Source: Geosiphon pyriformis uo1 (taxonomy: Eukaryota > Fungi > Glomeromycota). Taken from it: 43,583 nt of DNA. Shown in pieces: positions 25,895 to 37,092 of the stretch; the first letter of the stretch is position 1, and each line of letters starts with the position of its first letter. The notes below the pieces were generated by a model that ran no database searches, was not told the origin of the DNA, and saw nothing but the letters and a program-made list of their open reading frames with translations. The position numbers and the translations under genes are program-made. Where the stretch lies: the NCBI GenBank assembly GCA_016748015.1, contig JAAOMT010000082.1, positions 4,031-47,613 on the forward strand, in the 5' to 3' direction.

Positions 25895-26759
25895 ATGTAC
25901 AATAATATTGAATAATGTATTATAACATAAGATAACATGTTATAATATAAGATAACACAGAATAATGCATTATAATATAGAATAATGTGTTATAATGCAG
26001 AATAACACAAAATGACATGTAATAATATCAGATAACATATTATAACATAGGATAATTAGTTATAACATAAGAAAACAAAGTAATAATTAGCAAAAACAGA
26101 CAATCCAAAGCAATTCTGTAAAACTAAAAAATATGTATATATAGCAATAGCATTAAAAGCAGAAAAGACAGAATCCCCAAACAAAAATTAATTAGTTATC
26201 ATTCTTTAGTTAAAAACCATATCATTCTAAATATCAATAAATATACTTATTTAATATCTCAAATCTAATTGCTCACTATTAACTCTAAAGGTTGATAGTA
26301 ATTAATACTTAAACCACACAGAAACAATAGCTTTTGATCATGGCTATTAATGGAATACTGATTTACATTGCTTTGGCTTAATTTTTTTTATTTTATCTTC
26401 TTTTATTTTTTTTGTATCTTGTTGATAATTTACTAAACTTCTTAAGGATTAAGTGCTGAGTTATTGACATTAAGAATTGTCTGGTAAAAAACCCCTGCAA
26501 GTGGGTAGAACACATAAGAATTACAAATTGCTTACCAGAAGATTGCTGGCCATCAAGCTGAAAAAAAAATTGTCAAAATTGTGATTCCGGAAAGCTACAG
26601 ATAAAATAACACAGAAATCTCTGTCCATTATACAAAGAATTCTAATCAAAATCTTTAGATTAAAATACCTTTAGACATTACAAATCAGTCAGCTATTAAG
26701 CACCAAGTTATGAGTTTGTTATTTGATTTGAAACCCCAAATAATTACCTGTAACAGTGG

Positions 26760-27653
26760 GTAAAGCTGCTTTCTCTTTACTTTTTTTACCAGTTAGTATT
26801 TGGGAACAATTTTAGTGGCTGAGAATACTATTGTATCTGGTAACACTTGTCATTTTGTTCATGATTTTTACTGGTCAATTTGCTATGCTTGATGGGAGGC
26901 TGGTCCTGACTATGATGTTGTTCCAAATGTTATGATTAAGAAGATAGATTGGAATACTATTATGAAAGTTTGGCATTCCTACTTGTATATGCTTTTTGGA
27001 TTTATTAATAGGAGTTCAGTTAGTATGTGTACTTATTTGATAAAAGCTGTACATAGGTAGTTGCTGGTGGCAGTCAGGAAAAAATTGTATAACAAAGATT
27101 ATCTTGGGGTGCTGTGCTTACTGTGTGATGAGGTGGAGTTGTCTAATTATGCTTTTATTTGTTCTGGTAACATTGGATTCCATAAAGACATTTTGGATAA
27201 AGCGGCTAAGAATAGATATTGTTAACAGATTTTTCTTACTCATCAAGCATTTTGTGTTCACTTTTGATATGTTCTTTAGACATGGAACAATATTTTGCAA
27301 TATATAAGAATTTTGTATTAAAGAATTGATTTGTTGAAGCTGCCCAGGTCTTTGAAAGGAAGAGAAAAACTGCTTTGACTCTTATTGATTACATCAAATT
27401 TGTGGTTGAATTACACTATACTAAAGTGTGATTTATTAGGTCCAAGTATAGAGGGAATATAGAAAAAGCTGGTTTGGTCAAGGACAATAGTGTGGTTTCA
27501 GGATTGTTTCAGTATTTGGTGTTTGTGTTATTAGATAAGGTGGTTTGTATGCTTAATGTTTTGGAACCCTTTGCTGTCAATTTTGGTAGATGCAGATTGT
27601 GTTATTTCTTTTCTGGTTTAGGTGGTAATATATGTATTTACATAAATGTATAA
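26760..27653 (+). pseudogene. LINE1 ORF2 part 3: C-terminal zinc-finger region
   Basis: VSGNTCHFV...YLGVLCLLCDEVELSNYAFIC...CYFFSGLGGNICIYINV*, colinear with 28365-29300. Confidence 0.88.
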
Positions 27654-27787
27654 TGTAATCTTGTTTAGCCCAAGTGGCTGACCATATATAAAAAGTGTAT
27701 GAACTAGGTTTAGTGTATTTCACTTAGTTTGGTTCTATGTATTAAATAGCAGTTAGACTTTACTTGTTAAATCATGTATATATAAAA

Positions 27788-28229
27788 AATTTTTAAGTAT
27801 TTTTAATATGAATTTGTATATAATTTTATTTAAAAGTTTTATGTTCAAATCATAAGTGGTTAAAGTCAGAATGGTTTTTAAATATACTAAACTGACTTTT
27901 TTTAAAATAATAAATTTTATGTATAATTTAGTTTCTGATTATAGAAAACAAATTTGGTTATTTATTTTAAAACTTAGAATAAAGTTAGAAAAATTCAGAA
28001 TTTTGTCAAAAAAAATTTTTAGCTCTGTTTAATGTCAAAAAACTTTTTAATTATATTTTAAGTAAAATGATTATTTTGTTTGGTATTAAGAAAAATTATG
28101 TAATTTATTTAAAAAATAATTTTATTATTTGTTTTATATTGTTATAAATAATATAGTAAATATTGTAATGTCTGTATATTGTAGTCTAAATTGATTAAAT
28201 AGCTAATAATATATAGTAAATATATTGTT
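27788..28229 (+). pseudogene. Continuation of LINE0 (ORF2 C-terminus and decayed 3' UTR)
   Basis: LYIILFKSFMFKS*...NFMYNLVSDYRKQIWL aligns with LINE3 VYVALNKSFVFNNW...DFVCIFGLAFKKEIWL. Confidence 0.7.
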
Positions 28230-28364
28230 TTTTTTTATTAAAGCATTTTAACAAATGTAGTCCAATTGCTATCTAGTACATAGAACCAAACTAAGTGGTT
28301 CAAAATAAACACAATTTACACATTTTCTACATGTGACTAGCCACTTGAGCCAGACAAGACAACA

Positions 28365-31300
28365 CTACACACCTATATTAACATGGGGACTACTATTCAA
28401 ACCAGAAAAAAAAAGACAAGACCTGTGATAGCCAAAGCTAACAGCAAAAAATTCTAGCACACCGAGAAACCTAACCATACTATCTGACAGTACAAAATCT
28501 GCACAACAAAGAAGACCTGACAGCACACCATCATCACCAACCAAACCAGCTTTCTTCATATGCACCCTAAATTCAGATCTCAACAACCACACTTTGGAAT
28601 GATGTGACTTGACCAATCTTCCAACCAAATTGACAACAAAATTAACAGCTCTTTTCTTTTCATCAAAAACCTCCATAGCTTCTTTGCACCACTCTCTTAG
28701 CACTAAACCCTTGCATATCATTGAATACAGGCCAACATCTGAATGGCAAAGATCAAGCACCTGAGAGACAGCAGACAAAGGCAAGCAATAAGTACCAACT
28801 GAAAAAGCCCAGAAAGCAGAAGTCTTGAACAGAACCACCTTCCAAATATCCACATCCTGGGCACAACTAAAAGCATAATCTGGCAATTCCACCTCACTGC
28901 ACAACAAACAAAGCACACCAAGATACTTCTTATCATAAAGCCTTTTATGAACAGCTATAGGCAATCTGTGATGCACAGCTTTCATTATATACGCATGCAA
29001 AGCAGCTGACTTCCGACTAGTAAACCCTGTAAGCATGTGTAAATTAGGGTGCCACACCCTTGAGGTAGAGACCCAATTTACGTCACCCACCAACACTCTT
29101 GAAATTATGCTGTGACCAGGACCTGCTTCCCAACAAGCTCTGCAAACAGACCTAAACACATTTCGAACAAAGTGATGAGTATTGCCAGACACAGCCAAGC
29201 CCTCAGCCATCAGAAAATGTTTCTGCACTCCCACAGGCAAAAAAACCAGAGAATCCACTGCTTTACCAGCCAATGTATCAGCCTTGACATTGTCAGCCAC
29301 CCCAGAATGACTCTTGAACTTGATTCAATGCACAGTGAGATCTTTAACCCAAACTAAATTGTAAATATGTCTCTTCTCCATCCAGCAATGATTACAAAAG
29401 TCGAGAGAGGCTAAGACCATCTCAGACACACATGCATCAATAGCAGCTTGACTATCAAGATACACATTCAAACTACAGGAGGACAGAACACACTCCAAAG
29501 CCAAGACAATTGCCTGTAATTCAGCCATTATAGAAAAAAGAAGACCTCGAACCTTAACACCAATACCCATGTCCAAAGCTAGAAAATATGCAGTAGCCCC
29601 ACACATGACCCCAGCAGAACCAGCATTCTTTAAAGAACCATCAGTATAAATTTCAAAACCACCAGACCAGACTTCATACAAGCTATCCCAAATATCTATA
29701 AATTCTTTGGAATCTGAAATGCATGAACCAGGCAAAGGTAACAAAGAACTCATCATGACAGATTCTAAGGACCTCTTATTATTCAAGAATTTAGAAGTAA
29801 TCATGAACCAATAAAGCACAGGACCCTTAGAATTGAATCTTTTCCAGCAGCAAAAAGTTTTCCAATCCATTACCCTCCCTTTTTTATCATACAGTTGGTT
29901 ACTAAAGGCAACTCCAAAATGCTTTAAAGAACAAACAGAATCAAAGAACACAGACTTCTCTAAGACCAAGGACATTGGAAAAACACCAGGATCACAGAAA
30001 GCACCAGGTAGCACACTTGACAGAAATAACTTATTGTCCAAAAAAATCCTAACCACACCAGCCAAAAAATTGTTCACTGGACTAATACACAACCTCACAG
30101 AGAACTGCAAAGGGTCCAAAGGAACCCAACCCAAAACTTGTAAATCCAGAAATCAGTGATGAAACAGACGACCAAGAATCTCATGATCATTAGAGAATGA
30201 AATAACAGCAGCCAATTTACTCTTAGTCTGGACTTGTTCAAATGACTTTAATCCATACAAAGAAGGATGATGCAAAGCTTCACTAGGGAAATCACGCGGC
30301 AAATCCACTTTAGACTTGATGCCCTTCCTAATCATAACATCTTATTTGCAACAAACATTCAATAAAACAAAACTGAACTGAGTCCAGTAAGCAACAATAG
30401 GCTGCAAGACAGCTGAGACCAAATATAAAAATTGTTTATCTGTAACAGTCTTTTTGAGTAAGACATTGGCAAAAAAACAAACATCAGAATAAGTTTTGGT
30501 AACACTGGGCTTGGACAACTCCTTTGTGGATAAAAATATACTCAAGTAACAATGTGCTTCACTTTTTTTGGCTATTGAAATCAGCTGTTCACATATACTC
30601 AATGAAGCTGTGATAACACCTTAATTGATGGGAATAGCTACTGTCTTTTTACTATTAATAGAAATATTGTTGATTACAAAAAATTCACTGGCCATGTTCA
30701 AAGCATACTAAGTAGAAGTTTGACAATTCCCAACCCAAATAGTATCATCAACAAATGCACCAGCTGCAAAATAAGATGTCATCTCACCACCACTCTCAAT
30801 TCGACCTGTTTTTAAAACAAATTTAGTATTGATCCTGTACCCACACAATTGTTCATGTCATTTGACTTTACATAAGAGTGGATCATAAAAGATCCTCCAC
30901 AAAAGAGGTGAGAAAACTTCACCTTGATCCAACCCATTATGAATCCTGTAGCCATTTGACAGACCAAAATCAGTCATCACCCTGTTGAATCTATTCTTAT
31001 GTATATTTCTAAAGAACTCAATAAATCTGCTACACATTTTGATATGATGTAAGCTAGCTTTTAGGTAGTACCATCCAATGAAATCATATGCTTTCCTCAT
31101 GTCTTGCAGAACCAACCAAATTTCCCTATTTTTTTTAAAAGCATCTTCAATTATTGACCCAACAGCAAACACTGGAGACTGTATTAATGTGCTTTTTAGT
31201 ACTAAAAAGTTGTCGCCTTAGAGAACATTGAATTTGCTACATGCTAACAAGATACAATCAGATAAAACATTAGACAGAATTTTCCTAGCAGTTTTAATTA

Positions 31301-33071
31301 GTGCTATTGGTTGAATGTTTGTAAGAACACCATCCCAGTCATATGGCTTAGGAATTATTGAAACCCAAGTTCTTTTCTACAAAATGGGCATCTCACCAAC
31401 AATCAAATATGCATTTAACAGTACCAACAGGCACTTTAATACCTCTTTACCACCATGTTTCCATAATTCATTGGGAATGTCCAATAAACCAGCCACTTTG
31501 CCATCAGGCAGACTACCAATGACCAGGACCAATTCACTCATGTCAATTACATATATTACACCAGAGAAAGCATTATTTCTAACATAGCCCAGTGGTGCAT
31601 ACTGGCTTGCCCATCAATCAGACAGCATTAGAAGCACCAAATGTTTTCTCATCCAGCCTTCCATAATTTTATCCACACCTAACTTCACCTTCTCTGGTTC
31701 CAAAATCAGACCATTATCTATCACCAAGTGGTCTAATACCACCTTGTGAAACAGACAATCCAAAACACTCTTAATTATGTCACTCTTGTCCAGGTAGAAC
31801 CTCTCTATGTGCTTTTTGATCGCATTCCTGATTGACATCTCCTCAGCCAACTTTGATTTATACATCTTGGATTTCCTATATTCACTCTTGACAAGAGACA
31901 AATGTTTGAGAATGTCCATCTGTTTCTCACCAGTCTGAACCATGCAAGTAACAACAAGAGCCTTATTAGCATCCAACATTGATCATTTTTTTATAAGAAG
32001 ATTGAAGCCAAGGATGTCAGCCGAACCTAATTTTTTGACAATTTTTGCAACCAGCAACTCAAGTCCCAGAAATTTAGAGGACTGTTTATTTTTCAAACAC
32101 TGAAAATTGCTGAACCAATATTTAGAAAAAATTTCATCTGCAGATTTCACTACCACCCCTTCTAAAACTGACTACATTAAGTCTAGATCATTATTTGCAG
32201 CAGCCACAAAAAACTTATTCTTTATTTCCAAAAGTCTGGCAAAGGAACAATCCCTATAATGTAATTACTTGACATTATCTGCATTCTTGATTCTAAACTT
32301 CCAACAGTTCCTGTTAGCCTGTTTCTGCAAGCTATTCAACTAAACATTCAAGAGCCCACCTAACCCAATGACAGAATTATGATCAGTATTAAAGAAATCC
32401 AAAACAGAAGTAACCTTGTAACCAGCCACTGCTAATAACAGACACCCACTTACAAAGATATAATCAATAACTTTCATGGCTCCTCTTGAGTTGCCCCAAG
32501 TGAGAGCATTGACTAACAAATGTCCCCCAAAATTGTAGGGACTATTAACTAATGTATTGACTAAGCCAAGATCTACACATTTACTAAAGCTAGAGCTATA
32601 TTTGTTCCCAACCTCATTGAAATTACCACCTAATATAACAAAAATACTTTCATTACAAGTCCTGACTATAAAAGAGTTAACAAAACCAGCCTGAATTATA
32701 TGCCTATCCCGAGAGGCCTCCATATACAAACCCAATATAGAGACAGATTACTTGTTTTTAAATAGTAAACAAATCATTAAGAGCCTATCCAGAATCTCAA
32801 AAATTTTTGAAACATGCTTGGCTAAATTTACATTCATGATTAAAGTGACACCTGCACCTAAAAACTCAACATCCAGATCTGAAATAAACACTCTCATACT
32901 AGGAAATTTATTCGCAATCTAAGGCTTGACACTGGAGTGAAGCTTAGTCTCAGTAACTATTGAAATGTCATTATTCAAAACTGTATGCCATCTAATAATG
33001 TTATTCTGCTTAGCAGAAACATTCATATCTCTAATATTACAAGTAGTGATCTTCCAGACTAAACTACTCAT
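28365..33071 (-). pseudogene. LINE2 ORF2 (APE, RT, RNase H, CCHC)
   Basis: WKITTCNIRDMN, ILGGNFN, IDYIF, NTDH; LQDMRKAYD, QGEVFSPLLW, FVDD; IYTDGS, AELQAI, VKFKSHSG; CLLCSEVELPDYAFSC. Confidence 0.92.
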
Positions 33072-34893
33072 TGGAGAAGGAAATGGATTATCATACCACT
33101 GCCAAAACCAAAAGAGTTCAACTTATTCATTATTGTTTTAATTGAATTTTCTAAAACCAACAGGCTAGCCTCCAGGCCACCTATTTTCACAATTAAAACT
33201 CAGGAACCACTCGGAGAAATGTCATGGGCAATGATAGTGATTACACTAGGCACAGAAAAAACAAATAATAGAGTGTCAACAGCTATATCCAGTACAGGTT
33301 TATGCTTGGGAGTGGGTGAAACAACAAAACTCACCGATGAAACTGCCAACAACCTGTTCAGCTTATGTAAAATGTTGGCTATCTGGTTAGACACATTTTC
33401 AAACAAATGCTTGAGAACACTAACACACAAAGCTAGAATTGCAACCTCGGGCATCGATCCACTGACCAGTCTTATGCTTATATCAGTTTCAACAAATGGT
33501 ATAGAAGACAAATTTTTAGGGGAGCTGTTTACTACAGAAGTCCAAGTTGCACCACCAAAAGAGACAGGATGAGACATGGGAGCTTGTTTTTTGGCATAAA
33601 TGAGCACAAGACGCCTTTTATCTGAATTGGAACAAAGAAATCTTTTTTTAAAACTCAGCTCAAAGGTTTTCTTACTATTGCTACATTCAGAGGAAATGTG
33701 ATGAAAGTTGCCACATACAGTATACTTAAGAGATAACAAACCAGCCCAGATGAGGTTGATATCTTTAAACACCGGCGTAAAGCAAATAGAGCCTCTCTGG
33801 CTTTTTCAGAGTCAAAACATATGACAGCACATCGGGCTCATGCATAAAATACCAAATTCCTAGAAATACAGCAAGTCTTCCCACCATATGACTGGACCAG
33901 ATTTGAGAAATCATGGGCAGTCGTGCCTATCAGCAGAGTGTATAGAAGAGTGTGATAGCTGTTCTTTAAATCCCATGTTTGTTTGTCAGCATTGGCTTTG
34001 GCAACCCGCGCCAAGTTCTTACCTAGCAAAATTGACCATTTGGATGCAACCAAGTCAGCAACCTGAGAATTCTCAAACTCCGCAAGTGCTTTCTGCCAGA
34101 GACCAATCAGCTGCATTTTGATTGAAAAAATTTTCTCATACTTGACCAAAACTAACTCAATTGCTGATTTGGGCAGATCAACCAGAATTTTCTTAATAAC
34201 AATTTCCTGATCCAATCGTATGCTGATCTTCTTTAGATCAGTGTTGACAACAAGATTCTCAGACACAGCCAACTGTTTAGCCAAAGCAAGACTAGATACA
34301 GATGTGAAAAACATCCTAACAATTCCTGGAAATTTCGATGGAGTCAATGCACCCCCAAAACCATCAACTTTGTAGAACAGCTTCCTAACATCTTTGAGTT
34401 TGTCACACAGAGTATTTCTGGGAATGGCCAACAAACCAATGTTGAGTGCAAAGAATTTGGTTGGTTCAAAGCAGAGTCTCTCTTTGACAGAAGTGACTGA
34501 ACAAAGAGGGGATTCCAAAAGAACAGAGGGAGTTAAGTCCATGTCAACATCATCAACAACAGAGCCAAAGTCACAGGGCCCCAAAGATGAAATCTTCACC
34601 ATACCAAAGTTGAAGTGTTTAGTCTTTAGGATGTTGGTACAAGAGTCCAGCAGCTTATCACTCTCGTTGCCAACACTGTAGCCTAAGTCTTTGCCCAACT
34701 CATGTTCCAGCTTTTCTTTAGAAGAGATATCCATGTTTTTGTACTGGCCGGGCTTGCTTATAGGTAATTTGAAAAATAAATCAGCTTTGTCTCCCAAGTG
34801 TTTGACTTTACCAAGCAAAACCTTTGATTTTTGCCTCAGACTACCATTCACAGAACTAGTAGTGGCACCTCTGGCCAATTTCTTTGTGGACAT
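33068..34893 (-). pseudogene. LINE2 ORF1 (RRM-like domains plus CCHC)
   Basis: MSTKKLARG...IVIKKILVDLPKSAIELVLVKYEKI...YTVCGNFHHISSEC; its TGA overlaps the ORF2 ATG (ATGA). Confidence 0.85.
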
Positions 34894-35169
34894 AATATTG
34901 ACAGCATCAGACACCAAAAGGACAACAAAAGAGTTGATAAGTTGAGAAATTGTGAAAACCAAGCAAAAGTAAAAGAGAAAACAGATGAAAAAACAAAAAC
35001 TTCTTCAAAAATGCACTATTTCAGGAATTTGGGACATAGGGGAGAAAAAAGTTTGTTTTTATTTTGTTAATCTTAATATATTGTTATTAATTAAAATTTA
35101 AGATATTAATTAATATAAAATTATTCTTATAATTTTTATTATTAATTAACATATATTATTATTTTGATT

Positions 35170-36040
35170 TATTTTTTTATTTTTTTTATTGTTTAACAAG
35201 TGAAATCCAAATACTATTTAGTACAATATATTAACTTAATGATCTAAACTAGGTGTAAATCATGTATTTTCTACATGTGACCAGTTATTTAGACTAATTA
35301 GGACAATACTATGCATCTATACAAACTAAAACCATACTATTTAAACCTGAAAAAAACTAACAAGAATTATGAAAACCAAAACTAATACTAAAAGCATCAG
35401 TAATACTCAACAATTTAACTACACCAACAGAAAACACTAAAGAAAGCCCAGACACTAAGACTAAAACAAATCTATCATACAGAATTAGTTTATTCTTCTT
35501 CATAAATGTCCAGTGTTTAACACAAGCCAACCAAATTTCCTTTTTGAATGCAAGGCCAAATATGCACACAAAGTCCACAACTATATGATCTGCAATTTTA
35601 AAATCTTTAAAAACAGAAAGAGACTTCTAATACCAATTATTGAAGACAAAACTCTTGTTCAAAGCCACATACACAGCAATATTAAAAGAACAGAAATTCA
35701 AACACTGTGACACACATGAGACTGAGTAAAACAGACCAGAAATCACTTTCCAATCAGCTGCATAAGTGTTTAGTAACTGAACATAAGTATTAGAATCAAT
35801 CAAACAAAAAAAAGCATGGTCTGAGACCTCAATATCCCCACAAAACAAACATACAACACTTGAATAACTCTTGGCATACAAATGCTTACAAACAGCAACA
35901 AAAAGCCAATGATACAAAGTTTTCATAAAATATGTATAAGCACTAGCAGTATTTTTACTAGTAAAGCCAAAGGCCAAATGCGAATTAGAATACCACACTA
36001 AGAACAACCTAAACCAATTAATGTTTGTATACAGAATGAT
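35170..36040 (-). mobile_element. LINE3: 5'-truncated copy (ORF2 C-terminus, 3' UTR, A-tail)
   Basis: CLFCGDIEVSDHAFFC; stop at 35309-35311; the conserved 3' hairpins; poly(A). Confidence 0.85.
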
Positions 36041-36479
36041 TTATTACTTATTATTTTAGCAAATTATCTAAATTATTATTTAATTAATAATTTAATTTGT
36101 ATTAAACACAAATATAATTAAATTATATAATATGTTAAATTATATGACATTAAAAATTTACTAAAATATTTAATAATTTAACAAAATATTTATAGGTTTA
36201 TTAAAATAATTTATAATTTACAGAAATAATTTGTTGTTTGACAAAATATATTTTTAGTTTACCAAAATATTAATAAAAAAAAAGTGTTAAATTATAGAAT
36301 AGTATTATAATAAAAAAAAAGCTTTTTTTTATAAAAATGTATTTTTGTTAGAATTAATTTTTACTTAAGCTTAAAATATTTTTGTTATAAATTAATTCAA
36401 ATAAAACTTATATTAAAAACATAAACTTTTTAAATTATTACTTTGAAACTTATTTCTATATACTAATATTTTAAAATTA

Positions 36480-36918
36480 ATTAGTTATCAATTTTATTAA
36501 TTATTAATAATCTTTAGGCTTAAATTTAAAATAACTTCTTTAATATAATTTTTTATTTTTTTTTCTTAATTATATTTTTTTTTCATTATTTTTTTTATAT
36601 TATTAGATAATTTACAGTCGAAATATTTTGTAAAAAAATTGACTTTTATAGCAAAGTAACTATATATTAATTAAAAAACTTATAGATAAAATTTTTTGTA
36701 AAAGAGTTAACTTTTACTGCAAAGTAATTATACAAGTAATTGATATAAAATTGACTAGTTTATTATAAATTCAACAGCACATATGGTTCAAAGTATAAAA
36801 AGATATTTTAAAAGAAGAATTAGCTTATTAAAAGTTTACTGACTTCTATTAACAATAGAATTAACAGTAAAATAACATTAATAATATTAAAAAAAGAGTA
36901 AAAAAACTTTTAATAATA
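36480..36918 (+). repeat. Decayed LTR of family C
   Basis: 36681-36735 nearly matches the reverse complement of 2101-2155, and colinearity continues to the terminus CTTTTAATAATA. The left boundary is uncertain. Confidence 0.6.
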
Positions 36919-37092
36919 GCATAAATTATGTTTAATTTAAAGTTTTGAGTAGTAATATCATATTAAATAGTGGTTAAATAATATTTATTAATATTAATAT
37001 TAATAAAAAAATTACAAGATATTAATATTACTTATAAATATTTTTAAAATTTTTATTATTATTTATAATATTAATATTTAATTAATTAAAAA

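Larger units (their letters stand above)
17040..26755 (+). repeat. Solo LTR-B (17040-17129 plus 25899-26755), split by the Ty3 insertion
   Basis: Perfect TSD GTGG at 17036-17039 and 26756-26759; removal restores ADKLVG|KAAF. Ends TAATTACCTGTAACA and is homologous, in inverse orientation, to the LTR at 25000-25894. Confidence 0.85.
10506..27787 (+). mobile_element. LINE1: APE-type non-LTR retrotransposon with RNase H, full length but interrupted by LTR insertions
   Basis: ORF1, ORF2 and 3' UTR present. Candidate TSD AATTTT(T)AAGTA at 10495-10505 and 27788-27799; removing the element restores the LINE0 frame (DLILS|IFNMNLYIILFKSFMFKS). Confidence 0.85.
28230..35074 (-). mobile_element. LINE2: full-length (~6.8 kb) APE-RT-RNase H non-LTR retrotransposon
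   Basis: Poly(A) tail, ORF1 and ORF2 present; 11-bp TSD AATATATTGTT at 28219-28229 and 35075-35085. Confidence 0.92.

Noticed and set aside
25895-26075. CRISPR-like periodic repeats
   Set aside because: These are 10-bp degenerate tandem units without spacers, inside an LTR U3, in a eukaryotic context.
17130-26755. Inverted repeats suggesting a DIRS or TIR element
   Set aside because: Explained by a Ty3 inserted in opposite orientation into a related solo LTR; the element has a DDE integrase and 4-bp TSDs, and no tyrosine recombinase or transposase.
10599-35074. Alternative genetic code to explain the many in-frame stops
   Set aside because: All three stop types occur, at different positions in different copies, opposite Gln, Arg or Trp codons; the kinase gene reads normally.
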